Below, piece by piece: positions 54,021-63,067 of a DNA stretch of 64,000 bases. The notes under the pieces were generated by a model. The model ran no database searches and was not told where the DNA came from. It worked only from the letters and a program-made list of their open reading frames with translations. The position numbers were made by a program, and so were the translations under genes. Location: the NCBI GenBank assembly GCA_029934055.1, contig JAOZMZ010000003.1, forward strand, positions 8,692 through 72,691, written 5' to 3'. The DNA comes from Kiritimatiellia bacterium (GTDB taxonomy: Bacteria; Verrucomicrobiota; Kiritimatiellia; B70-G9). Numbering within the stretch: position 1 is the first letter of the stretch; each line of letters begins with the position of its first letter.

Positions 54021-55729
54021 TGGGAGCCCTCCTTGGACGTGCGACGGGCCACGCGTTGCTTTATCCGGGCCAGAACCCGCGGACTGTATTCATAGGGGCC
54101 GACCGCGCCGATGTCCGGACCTTTCTCAAGAAGCTTCATTTGCCGCGCGTGACTTATTTCCGGCCACACCTGGCGTTGCGTGGTGAGGACGCGGTACTTG
54201 ATCCACCATGAACGCGCCTGGTCTCCGGAGGCGAACATGGCGCGTGAACGGATGCCGGCGAGAAACTCTTCGTTGACGTGCATTCCCCGGCGCCAGTCAC
54301 GCTGCTGTTCGAGAAAATCTTTGATTCCCTGTTTCTTATAGAAGGGCTCGAACTGGTCGGCGAGTTCACGGTACGAGATTTCGTTGACCTGGTAGAGAGA
54401 GTAGAGTTGGAGCCACTTTATCCACGTCTCTCCGCCCAGGAAGAAGTTCATGCAGCCATAGACGCCCTCAAGGTGGGGTTCAAAGGCCCGCAGCATGGGG
54501 TCGAGTTTGGCTCCGCGGACGCTGGGAATCCAGCCGATGATGTGGTTGAGCTTTTCGTTTTGTTTCTGGCCGGCGAGGAAGAGGAGGAAATCAAGGGCCA
54601 CGTCCGGATGGGCGCACGTGCGGGTTATCCCGAAGGGGAACCCTCCCATGGGCCGCTCATAGATCGGGCCTTCGACCACCGAGCCGAACTCGGGATCGCT
54701 CTTTGTAGGAAGCGGGAAATCCATGACGCCGACCCGAAAGATTCCTTCCGCCTGTTTTTGCAGGCTGCGTGCGTCCCAAGTTCCCGTAGAAATGAAGACC
54801 GCCTTCTGCTGGGCGAAAAGGAAAACCGCCTCGTCGCGGGTGAGACCCGTGTAGCCGGGTTGGAAATGGCTGGTGACCTCGTGCATCATCTTGAAACGGG
54901 CGCGCAGCGCCGGATGATCGAAACTGACTCGACCGGTCTTGAACGCCACGTAAAGCTCATCGTTACCGACAAACCCGTCGCGGTTGAAGTCGCAACGCCG
55001 GTGAAGCGCATAGGTCAACGGGTCGAACATCATCGATTCCCACATCGGCAGATGGTACTTGGATCCGGCGATGGCGATGTAAGGTTGCCCCTTGGGATTG
55101 GTGTGTTTCTCTATTTCCTCACAAACGCGCAGAAAAGCCCGGTATTCGGTCGGGGCGGTATCCAGCCCGGTGAGTTTTTTCAGCAGGTCGCGGTTGTAGA
55201 AAATGCGTACACCGAACTGTGAAAGGGGAATGTTTATATATTCCTGCATTTCATCAACGTAGGAATTGCGCATGCCGTCCTTGAAAGTCTGCCGCAGGGG
55301 TACTCCCTCGAGATCCGTGCCGCGGTTATAGGGATTCGGACGGTTGACGGAACGGGTCAGCGGAATGAAGTAGCGGTTGTAGTACGAAACCCAGATATGA
55401 TAGGGCAGTCCCAGCCCGAGTTCCAGAATGTCGGGTGCGGTCCCGCCCATGAGTTGAGTACTGACCCATTGCCCGTAGATGCTTTCCGGAATGGCATCCT
55501 GAATGATGCGTACACGGGGATGGAGACGGGCGTAGTCGGCCGCCATTTCGTTGAAGGCATCGCGTACACTTGTTTCCAGTTGCCAGTGGCCTATGCGGAG
55601 GGTGATCGTGCCCGGCGGGGCTTCACGGGTACGATAGGTGACTATGGCCACCGCAGACCACAGGAACGTAGCGCTGATGACGATGAGAGCCGTATAGCGA
55701 CGCACGAAATCGAATACGGCCAGCTTCAC
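54017..55729 (-). CDS. ABC-transporter extracellular solute-binding protein (large, 570 aa, N-terminal TM anchor)
   Basis: Anchor LIVISATFLWSAVAIVTY. Carbohydrate SBP-like segments (ITLRIGHWQLE..., DILELGLG..., ISTGTWD). GTG 55729 overlaps the upstream stop (GTGA). Confidence 0.7.
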   Translation of the reverse strand: MKLAVFDFVRRYTALIVISATFLWSAVAIVTYRTREAPPGTITLRIGHWQLETSVRDAFNEMAADYARLHPRVRIIQDAIPESIYGQWVSTQLMGGTAPDILELGLGLPYHIWVSYYNRYFIPLTRSVNRPNPYNRGTDLEGVPLRQTFKDGMRNSYVDEMQEYINIPLSQFGVRIFYNRDLLKKLTGLDTAPTEYRAFLRVCEEIEKHTNPKGQPYIAIAGSKYHLPMWESMMFDPLTYALHRRCDFNRDGFVGNDELYVAFKTGRVSFDHPALRARFKMMHEVTSHFQPGYTGLTRDEAVFLFAQQKAVFISTGTWDARSLQKQAEGIFRVGVMDFPLPTKSDPEFGSVVEGPIYERPMGGFPFGITRTCAHPDVALDFLLFLAGQKQNEKLNHIIGWIPSVRGAKLDPMLRAFEPHLEGVYGCMNFFLGGETWIKWLQLYSLYQVNEISYRELADQFEPFYKKQGIKDFLEQQRDWRRGMHVNEEFLAGIRSRAMFASGDQARSWWIKYRVLTTQRQVWPEISHARQMKLLEKGPDIGAVGPYEYSPRVLARIKQRVARRTSKEGSQ

Positions 55730-56685
55730 GATGACGCCCCCTCCCGGCCTTTTCCGCCATCGGCTGCGCGACGCAGACGTTTTTCCACGGCGTCCATGCG
55801 GCGCAGGGCCTGCTTGGCGCCATACTTGCGGATATCCGTCGGGTATTCCTTTATCAGGCGTCGGTAGTATTTTCGCGCCGTCTCGAAATCCCCGACTTCG
55901 AACTCGGCAATGGTTGCGATGTTCCAGTATGTCCAGGCGTGGTCGACATAAGGATTGGTGGGATCCACTTCGCCGTGCTTGAAAGCCTGAATTTCCGCCT
56001 CCAGGCGTTTCTCCTGATCGCCGAGAGTTGTGTAACTCACCGCCATGAGAGAATAGGCGGCGCCGACGAAGCCGGAATCCGGATGTTCACGGATGAATTT
56101 CTTCAGGGATGTGATTGCCCGCCGGGCGTCATTGGTCTGGAGGGTGGCGACATACGTGGATTGCAGGTAGATGAAGGCCTCCTGGCCGGCAAGGTGATCG
56201 GGAAACCGGCGGATCACCTCGCGGTAGGCCTTACGCACAGCGTCGTAATCAGGCTCCTCGCCGACCGGCACGAGATGTTGCATGCGGGCCAGAGCCAGGA
56301 GGCTCCAGGCCGCCAGATCGGAACGAGGCGCCGTGGTGATGATTTCCCGGTATAGGCGCCGGGCCCGCTTCCTGTCCTGGGAGACTATCGGCAGGCGCAG
56401 TCCCCAGACCGTTGCCAGGCCGTAGGTGGCCTGGCGACGGGTGACGCTCCCTGTTGCCGCTAGGGCGCGCGCTTTCTCGAAGCCGGAGGCGGCACGGTCA
56501 TACTCCCCCAGCCGGAAGTCATTCCATGCATTGGTAACAATCGTTTCCGGGGACGGGAGTGGGGCCTTGCGGTGGCAACTTGCCACCGGGATGAACAGGG
56601 CCCCTGCCAGAACGGAACCGAGGACGATGCTCCATCCGCAGGCCTGTGATGTTCCTGCCTGCTTTCGTGACTGCTCCATGACCAT
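55726..56685 (-). CDS. TPR-repeat lipoprotein (YbgF-like)
   Basis: Signal sequence with ...FIPVASC. Repeated TPR-like helices (YDRAASGFEKARAL, ARRLYREIITTAP, VRKAYREVIRRFPD, ARKYYRRLIKEYP). Confidence 0.65.
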   Translation of the reverse strand: MVMEQSRKQAGTSQACGWSIVLGSVLAGALFIPVASCHRKAPLPSPETIVTNAWNDFRLGEYDRAASGFEKARALAATGSVTRRQATYGLATVWGLRLPIVSQDRKRARRLYREIITTAPRSDLAAWSLLALARMQHLVPVGEEPDYDAVRKAYREVIRRFPDHLAGQEAFIYLQSTYVATLQTNDARRAITSLKKFIREHPDSGFVGAAYSLMAVSYTTLGDQEKRLEAEIQAFKHGEVDPTNPYVDHAWTYWNIATIAEFEVGDFETARKYYRRLIKEYPTDIRKYGAKQALRRMDAVEKRLRRAADGGKGREGASS

Positions 56686-56973
56686 CCTTTTTTACCCGGT
56701 CAATCGCTTGAAGTAAAAGGTTAAACCCCATCCGTCAACGATGAAGGTTGCAGAGCGCGGGTCCCGGACGGCTTGCCTGCCGGGCGGGCGGCCGTGATGG
56801 TTGTTTTTTTCGTGCTTTTCTCTTGTGTGTCCGGCCAGCAGGGGGATATAAGCCGCAGACATTTTACTGTCAACGGCGATGGGGTTCCGCCGGAAACCGC
56901 CGCATGTGGGCTGATGACTCCTGACCGCGTTCATATTCGAAGGTGCTGAAGGGACCGGGAAGGAGATGGGAAA

Positions 56974-58239
56974 ATGGCAGTCGGACTTGCGGAACTGATA
57001 ATTCTCGGGTTGCTGGTCGATTGGTTGTTTCGGCATGCCCGTGTGCCGGGACTGGTCGGCATGCTGCTGGTGGGCGTGATTTTCGGACCGTATGTGCTCG
57101 GCCTTCTTTCTCCGGCGCTTTTGGGGGTTTCCTCGGATCTGCGCCTGATCGCCCTGATCGTGATCCTGTTGCGGGCCGGATTTGATCTGAGCAAGGATGT
57201 CCTGGCGCGGGTTGGGCGCATGGCTCTGTTGCTTTCGTGCATTCCGGCGCTTTTCGAGGGGGTGGCGATAATGTTTCTCGGGCCCCACCTGCTGGGCCTG
57301 ACGATGATGGAGTCGGCCATTTTGGGTTCCGTGCTGGCTGCGGTTTCGCCCGCGGTGGTTGTGCCCCTGATGATCCGTTTCATTGAGGAGCGCAAGGGTG
57401 CGCGCAAAGGTATTCCGACGCTGCTGCTGGCGGCCTCCTCGATAGACGATGTTTTTGTAATCGTAGTCTACAGCGTATTGATAGGTGCGTATACGGGGCG
57501 TCACGTTAGTATCGCCTGGAAGCTGGCGGGGATTCCCATATCCATCCTGACCGGAGTAGGTGTGGGCCTTCTGATCGGCTGGGGATTGTACCTGCTCTTT
57601 CAGAGGTTCAATCCACGGGCGACGAAGAGGATCCTGGTCATTTTGGGCATTTCGATTCTTCTGGTGAGAGTGGAGCATCTCCTGGAGGATCGGTTGCCGT
57701 TTGCGGCGCTGCTGGCGGTGATGGCGATCGGCTTCATTATCTTGGAGAAGCGCGAACATTACGCTCATGAACTTTCCGCAAAGCTGGGAAAGATCTGGGT
57801 GTTTGCGGAGATCATTCTTTTCGCCATGGTGGGGGCACAGGTGAACGTGAGTTTGGCCTGGCGGACAGGGATGGCCGGGGCGGCGCTGATTTTTCTCGGG
57901 CTGGTGGCGCGGAGTGTCGGAACCTGGGTTTGCCTGCTTGGCAGCGATCTGAACGTGCGTGAGCGTATTTTCGTGGTGATTGCGTACATTCCGAAGGCCA
58001 CCGTGCAGGCGGCCATCGGCGCAGCGCCCTTGGCGGCGATGAAGGCGGCGGGTATGGACACCCATCCGGGTGATATCATTCTGGCAGTGGCGGTCTTGAG
58101 TATTCTGCTGACTGCGCCGCTGGGGGCATGGGCCATCAGTTTGACCGGCGAGCATTTTCTTGAGACCGCGCCGCCGGAGGTTCACTCGGCCCTTGACGCC
58201 GCCCATGAGAGCGAAGCTTCGGAAGAGTCCGGGCTGTGA
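56974..58239 (+). CDS. Cation:proton antiporter (CPA1/CPA2, Na_H_Exchanger family)
   Basis: 421 aa with about 12 TM helices. The N-terminus LFRHARVPGLVGMLLVGVIFGPYVLG is typical of the family. Confidence 0.8.
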   Translation: MAVGLAELIILGLLVDWLFRHARVPGLVGMLLVGVIFGPYVLGLLSPALLGVSSDLRLIALIVILLRAGFDLSKDVLARVGRMALLLSCIPALFEGVAIMFLGPHLLGLTMMESAILGSVLAAVSPAVVVPLMIRFIEERKGARKGIPTLLLAASSIDDVFVIVVYSVLIGAYTGRHVSIAWKLAGIPISILTGVGVGLLIGWGLYLLFQRFNPRATKRILVILGISILLVRVEHLLEDRLPFAALLAVMAIGFIILEKREHYAHELSAKLGKIWVFAEIILFAMVGAQVNVSLAWRTGMAGAALIFLGLVARSVGTWVCLLGSDLNVRERIFVVIAYIPKATVQAAIGAAPLAAMKAAGMDTHPGDIILAVAVLSILLTAPLGAWAISLTGEHFLETAPPEVHSALDAAHESEASEESGL

Positions 58240-58280
58240 TTCGCCGGGGAGCCTTGCGGCGGGGTCGGGCGTCTTGCAGA

Positions 58281-59573
58281 CTAATGGCCGCCTGGGTCGG
58301 AACTCATGTGGTCCACGGCGAGAATACTTTCATCGAGGGATTCGACGGCTTCCTGGATTTCCCGTAAAAAGCGGCCACCCATTGCACCGTCTATCACCCG
58401 GTGGTCGAAGGAAAAGCTGAGGTAGAGCTGGTCGCGGATGCTGATGTCGTTGTTTACGATCACGGGGGCCTTGAAAACCGCCCCCATACCGAGGATGGCG
58501 ACTTGAGGTTGGCTTATTATGGGTGTTCCCAGAAGGCTGCCGAAGGCGCCGAAATTCGAGATTGTGAAGGTTCCGCCCTCGACGTGTTTACGCTTGAGTG
58601 TTTTCCGGCGGGCGAGGCGGATGAGCTCGGCCAGTTCGCGGGCGATTTCCGGGAAACTTTTCTGATCGGCGTGGTGGACCACGGGCACGACCAGGCTTTC
58701 GTCCGCCAGGGCCACGGCGCACCCGATGTTGATTTCGTTGCGCATGATTATGTTGGTGCCGTATACCGTGGCGTTGATGGCGGGGAAATCCTTCAGCACC
58801 CGGGCGGTAACGAAGAGCATGACCGCGGTATAACTCAGGCGGGCGTGATATTGTTTCTCGAATCTTTCTTTGATGCGGGTACGGAGATCTACGATGTGGG
58901 TCATGTCGACGGGGTGAACCATGGTCACGTGAGCGCTGGTGCGGATGGACTGCACCATGTGATCCGCAATCGTTCTGCGGATCGAAGACATCGGCACGAC
59001 CTTGCCGAGGGACGCCAGCTCCCTTTCGCCGGGCCGCTGCTTGCCGGTGATGGATTCGACCGTTGCGGCGGCGACGGGGCGCTGGGCGAGGTACGCGAGG
59101 AGGTCGCGCTTGGTGACCCGGCCGTTTTTGCCGGTACCGCGGATGGCGCGCAACTCGTCGAGGGTGACGTTATTGGTCAGGGCCATTCGCAGGACGAACG
59201 GCGAGAAAAAGTTTTCATCCATTGCGGGTAATTCCACCGCCTCCGCGGCATTCGTGCGGGTGGGCTCCACGGGTTTACCGGAATCCTCCCTTGAGACGGA
59301 GGGCTTGACGGTCGGCGCTTCGGAGGTTTCATCGGCGGTTTCGATCATGCCGATCACTTCGCCGGCGGCGGCGCGTTCACCGACTTGTTTCAGTTGGCTG
59401 GCCAGGCGGCCGGAGGCCGGACTTTCGACCTCCACATTGGTCTTGTCGGTTTCGACCTCGACGATGATTTCGTCGGCATGAATTTCGTCACCGATATCAT
59501 GGTGCCAGGAGACGATTGTCCCTTCGGCGACGCTTTCGCCCATCTGCGGCATGACTATGGGTACATGTTTCAT
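58281..59573 (-). CDS. 2-oxoacid dehydrogenase E2 component (dihydrolipoamide acyltransferase)
   Basis: Lipoyl domain (VEVETDKTNVEVESPASG), E3/E1-binding domain (IRGTGKNGRVTKRDL), and catalytic domain with SFDHRVIDGA. Confidence 0.9.
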   Translation of the reverse strand: MKHVPIVMPQMGESVAEGTIVSWHHDIGDEIHADEIIVEVETDKTNVEVESPASGRLASQLKQVGERAAAGEVIGMIETADETSEAPTVKPSVSREDSGKPVEPTRTNAAEAVELPAMDENFFSPFVLRMALTNNVTLDELRAIRGTGKNGRVTKRDLLAYLAQRPVAAATVESITGKQRPGERELASLGKVVPMSSIRRTIADHMVQSIRTSAHVTMVHPVDMTHIVDLRTRIKERFEKQYHARLSYTAVMLFVTARVLKDFPAINATVYGTNIIMRNEINIGCAVALADESLVVPVVHHADQKSFPEIARELAELIRLARRKTLKRKHVEGGTFTISNFGAFGSLLGTPIISQPQVAILGMGAVFKAPVIVNNDISIRDQLYLSFSFDHRVIDGAMGGRFLREIQEAVESLDESILAVDHMSSDPGGH

Positions 59574-59586
59574 GGTTCGCTTCCTG

Positions 59587-60570
59587 CTAATATTCTATCA
59601 ATCTGCGCAATTCATCGGCGATCCGCCCGGCGTCGGGCCGGTAGGCCTTTTCAAGGGCGGGAGCGAACGGCACGGGGACATCCGGGGCGGTCACGCGGCG
59701 CACGGGGGCATCCAGCAGGTGAAAGGCGTGTTCGGCGATGAGAGCGGCGATTTCTCCGCCGAAACCGCCGGTATGCCAGGCCTCGTGGACTATCATGGCG
59801 CGGTTCGTAGCGGCGACGGCGGTAAGGACGGCATCCCGGTCGTAGGGTTTGAGAGTACGCAGGTCGAGCACCATGACTTCGTAGCCGTCCTCGGATGCGA
59901 GTTCATCAGCGGCGTGGAGGGCCTCGTGAACCATGGCGCCCCACGTGATGACGACTGCATCGGTGCCGCTGCGGCAGATACGGGCCACGCCCAGTTCGAT
60001 CGGTTCGAAGTCCTGTGGCACGAGGGCCTTGACATGACGGTAGAGATACTTGTTCTCCAGGAAAACCACCGGGTCCGGATCCATCACGGCGGAGTAAATA
60101 AGGCCGCGCGCATCATCCGGGAAAGCGGGGTAGACCACCTTCAACCCCGGCATGTGGCAGAAGAAGGCTTCGACTTCCTCGGAATGGAACGGTCCGCCGC
60201 CGAACCCGCCGCCGCAGGGTGCCCGTACGGTGAGGGGGACGCCGTGCCCGGTACGATAACGGGTCATGGCGGCATTGTTCATGATTTGGTGGACGGCGGT
60301 CATTCCGAAATCCACGAACTGGAGTTCGACGATCGGGCGCAGACCCTGCAGGGCCATGCCGACGCCGGCGCCGAGCATGGCCGACTCGCTTACGGGCGTA
60401 TCGAAAACGCGTTCGGGGCCGAACTCGTCCAGGAACCCGACGGTCATCTTGAAAGCGCCGCCGAAGGAAGCCACGTCTTCCCCGTACAAGAGGACTTCCG
60501 GATGTTCGCGCATGACGCGCAGAAGTCCTTCGCGGATGCCTTCCAGGTAGGTGATTTCACTCCGATGCAT
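59587..60570 (-). CDS. 2-oxoacid dehydrogenase E1 component, beta subunit
   Basis: ATG 60570 after GGAGGGAG gives MHRSEITYLEGIREGL...LYGEDV..FGGAFKMT...RVFDTPVSE. Overlaps the E1alpha 3' end by 14 nt. The upstream 83 codons of the ORF-track entry are spurious. Confidence 0.88.
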   Translation of the reverse strand: MHRSEITYLEGIREGLLRVMREHPEVLLYGEDVASFGGAFKMTVGFLDEFGPERVFDTPVSESAMLGAGVGMALQGLRPIVELQFVDFGMTAVHQIMNNAAMTRYRTGHGVPLTVRAPCGGGFGGGPFHSEEVEAFFCHMPGLKVVYPAFPDDARGLIYSAVMDPDPVVFLENKYLYRHVKALVPQDFEPIELGVARICRSGTDAVVITWGAMVHEALHAADELASEDGYEVMVLDLRTLKPYDRDAVLTAVAATNRAMIVHEAWHTGGFGGEIAALIAEHAFHLLDAPVRRVTAPDVPVPFAPALEKAYRPDAGRIADELRRLIEY

Positions 60571-61564
60571 AGACTCCCTCCAGGAGCGTATCGGCCGATG
60601 GTTCCGGTTCGGCGAGTGCCTGCCGGTAGGCCTGGGCGACTTCTTGGAGACATTCTTTGTCCATTTCGTCGAAGCGGCGGCTGTCAAGAAAGCCTGCTTT
60701 GATGAGAAAAGTTGCCGCTCGGCGGATGGGGTCGCGACGTGCGAAACGGCGGAGGAGGTCCCGCGGCACGTAGGCGAAATCGTCGTGTTCGCCGTGTCCG
60801 CGCATGCGCATGGTTTCACACTCCACGAGCACCGGGTGGGGATCGCGGCGCATTTCCTCCATGAGTTCAGTGGTGAAGAGGTGCAGCCCGACGGCGTCGT
60901 TGCCGTCCACGCGGTAGCCGGGGATGCCGTAACCTACGGCGCGGTCGGCGAGGTGGCGGCAACGGTACTGGTTGTCGGTCGGGGTGGAGTAGGCATAATG
61001 ATTATTTTCCAGCATGAAGATGACGGGAACATTGAATACGGCCGCAAAGTTCAGCGCCTCGTGGAAATCGCCGGTGCTGCTGGCGCCGTCGCCGAAGTAA
61101 ACGATTCCCACGGTATCGAATCCGCGCCGCAACCGGGCCATGACCGCGCCGGTGAGAGTTGAGAGCATGGCCCCCAGGTGGGAGATCATGGTCAGGACGC
61201 CATTGGCAAGATTGCCGTAGTGTACGTTGCCGTCACGACCGCGTGTGGGGCCGGTGGCGCGCCCGAGATAGTGGCGGAAAATCGTCAGAAGGGTTTCTCC
61301 CCGGGCGATGTGGACGGTCATATCGCGGATGAAAGGCGAAAATAGATCATGGGCCTTTCCCGCGAGGGCGGAGGCCGCCCCGATGGCTTCCTGGCCGATT
61401 CCGGTGTAGACGCCGCCGAATATGCGGCCCTGGTGATAGAGGCGCACGAGCCGCTCCTCGGTTCTGCGCGCCAGCAGCATACATCGCAAAAGCGCGAGCC
61501 AGCGTTTCGCCGGCAAGGCCCGCATGCTTTCCGGGTCATGTTTGAGCCGCGTTTTGCGCATCAT
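60557..61564 (-). CDS. 2-oxoacid dehydrogenase E1 component, alpha subunit (TPP-dependent)
   Basis: YHQGRIFGGVYTGIGQEAIG and YFGDGASSTGDFHEALNFAAVFNVPVIFMLENNHYAYSTP (TPP-binding motif). Confidence 0.88.
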   Translation of the reverse strand: MMRKTRLKHDPESMRALPAKRWLALLRCMLLARRTEERLVRLYHQGRIFGGVYTGIGQEAIGAASALAGKAHDLFSPFIRDMTVHIARGETLLTIFRHYLGRATGPTRGRDGNVHYGNLANGVLTMISHLGAMLSTLTGAVMARLRRGFDTVGIVYFGDGASSTGDFHEALNFAAVFNVPVIFMLENNHYAYSTPTDNQYRCRHLADRAVGYGIPGYRVDGNDAVGLHLFTTELMEEMRRDPHPVLVECETMRMRGHGEHDDFAYVPRDLLRRFARRDPIRRAATFLIKAGFLDSRRFDEMDKECLQEVAQAYRQALAEPEPSADTLLEGVYASE

Positions 61565-61703
61565 GCCTGTTTTCTACACGAAACGACGTTTCTATGCCAG
61601 CCTGATTCACGATGGCTGGGGCGGGAAAAGACTTGAGCTGTCCCTGCACGAAGCTGATACTTTGCTGTTTTTGCAATGGCGACGGAATGAAGGGATCCAC
61701 ATC

Positions 61704-63059
61704 ATGACGGACGGGCGAGGTGAAAGTGACGAATCGCGCGAGGCGCGGGCGGCGGCCCCCCTGGAAGATGCCATGCGGCTGCATCCTTTCTACCGGGGCA
61801 AGATAGAAATTGTTCCCCGGTGTTGTGTGCGCGACGTGAACGATTTCGCGATCTGGTACACGCCCGGGGTTGCGGCTCCATGCCGGGATATCGCCGCCCA
61901 TCCGGAACGGGTGTTTGATCATACCAGCAAGTGGAACACCGTCGCCGTGGTCAGCGACGGCACGCGCGTTTTGGGGCTTGGGGATATCGGTCCGGAGGCC
62001 GGTCTGCCGGTGATGGAGGGCAAGGCGCTGATCTTCAAGTATCTCGGCGGGGTGGATGCGGTGCCGGTGATGCTAGATGAAAAGGATCCGGACCGCATCA
62101 TAGAAATCGTTCTGGCGTTACAGCCTTCCTTCGGCGGCATCAACCTTGAAGACATTGCGCAGCCCAAATGTTTCCGCATCCTGGATGAACTGCGCCGCCG
62201 GGCGCGGATACCCGTCTGGCACGATGACCAGCAGGGGACCGCCACGGTGCTTCTGGCCGGGTTGCTGAATGCCCTGCGCGTCGTCGGCAAGAAACTTGAA
62301 GACGTGCGCATCGTATTCGTGGGCAGCGGGGCGTCCAATACCGCTGCGGCGCGCTTGATCTTCATGCGCGGCGCCGATCCGGCGCACTGTCTGGTCGTGG
62401 ACAGTCACGGCATACTGGGAGCCCACCGTACGGATATCGAGGCCAAGAAGGATATATACGCCGCCAAGTGGCAATTGTGTCAGACCACCAACGCCGAAGG
62501 ACGGCAGGGCGCTATCGCGGAGGCGCTCGAGGGAGCCGATGTGGTCATAGCGGCTTCCCGCCCGGGACCGGGCACGATCCGGAAGGAGTGGGTTGCGCGC
62601 ATGAACAGCGCAGCGGTGGTGTTCGCCTGTGCGAATCCGACGCCGGAGATCTGGCCCTGGGAGGCCCGGGAGGCCGGCGCGGCGGTGGTCGCCACGGGCC
62701 GCTCCGATTTTCCGAACCAGGTCAATAATTCCCTGGGATTCCCCGGCATATTCCGGGGTGCGCTCGACGTACGCGCGAAAACGATCAGCGACGAAATGTG
62801 CCTGGCGGCGGCCGAGGCGCTGGCCTCCCAAGTGGGAACGGAGTTGGATGCCGAGCATATTCTACCGACCATGGACGACTGGGAGGTCTTCGCGCGCGAG
62901 GCGGCGGCGGTCGGGCTCAAGGCGGCCGAACAGGGACTGGCGGCACGTCCCCTGAAACGGGAGGAGATCCTGCAGGGCGCCCGGCGCCTGATCAGCCGCG
63001 CGCGTGGGTTGACGGATCTCATGATGAAAGAGGGTTATATCCCGTCTCCGCCGGACTGA
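61704..63059 (+). CDS. NAD(P)-dependent malic enzyme (short form without PTA domain)
   Basis: ATG 61704 gives MTDGRG...LHPFYRGKIEIVP.., WYTPGVAAPC, VSDGTRVLGLGDIGPEAGLPVMEGKALIFKYLGGVDA and FVGSGASNTA. Confidence 0.88.
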   Translation: MTDGRGESDESREARAAAPLEDAMRLHPFYRGKIEIVPRCCVRDVNDFAIWYTPGVAAPCRDIAAHPERVFDHTSKWNTVAVVSDGTRVLGLGDIGPEAGLPVMEGKALIFKYLGGVDAVPVMLDEKDPDRIIEIVLALQPSFGGINLEDIAQPKCFRILDELRRRARIPVWHDDQQGTATVLLAGLLNALRVVGKKLEDVRIVFVGSGASNTAAARLIFMRGADPAHCLVVDSHGILGAHRTDIEAKKDIYAAKWQLCQTTNAEGRQGAIAEALEGADVVIAASRPGPGTIRKEWVARMNSAAVVFACANPTPEIWPWEAREAGAAVVATGRSDFPNQVNNSLGFPGIFRGALDVRAKTISDEMCLAAAEALASQVGTELDAEHILPTMDDWEVFAREAAAVGLKAAEQGLAARPLKREEILQGARRLISRARGLTDLMMKEGYIPSPPD

Positions 63060-63067
63060 CGGCGGAG

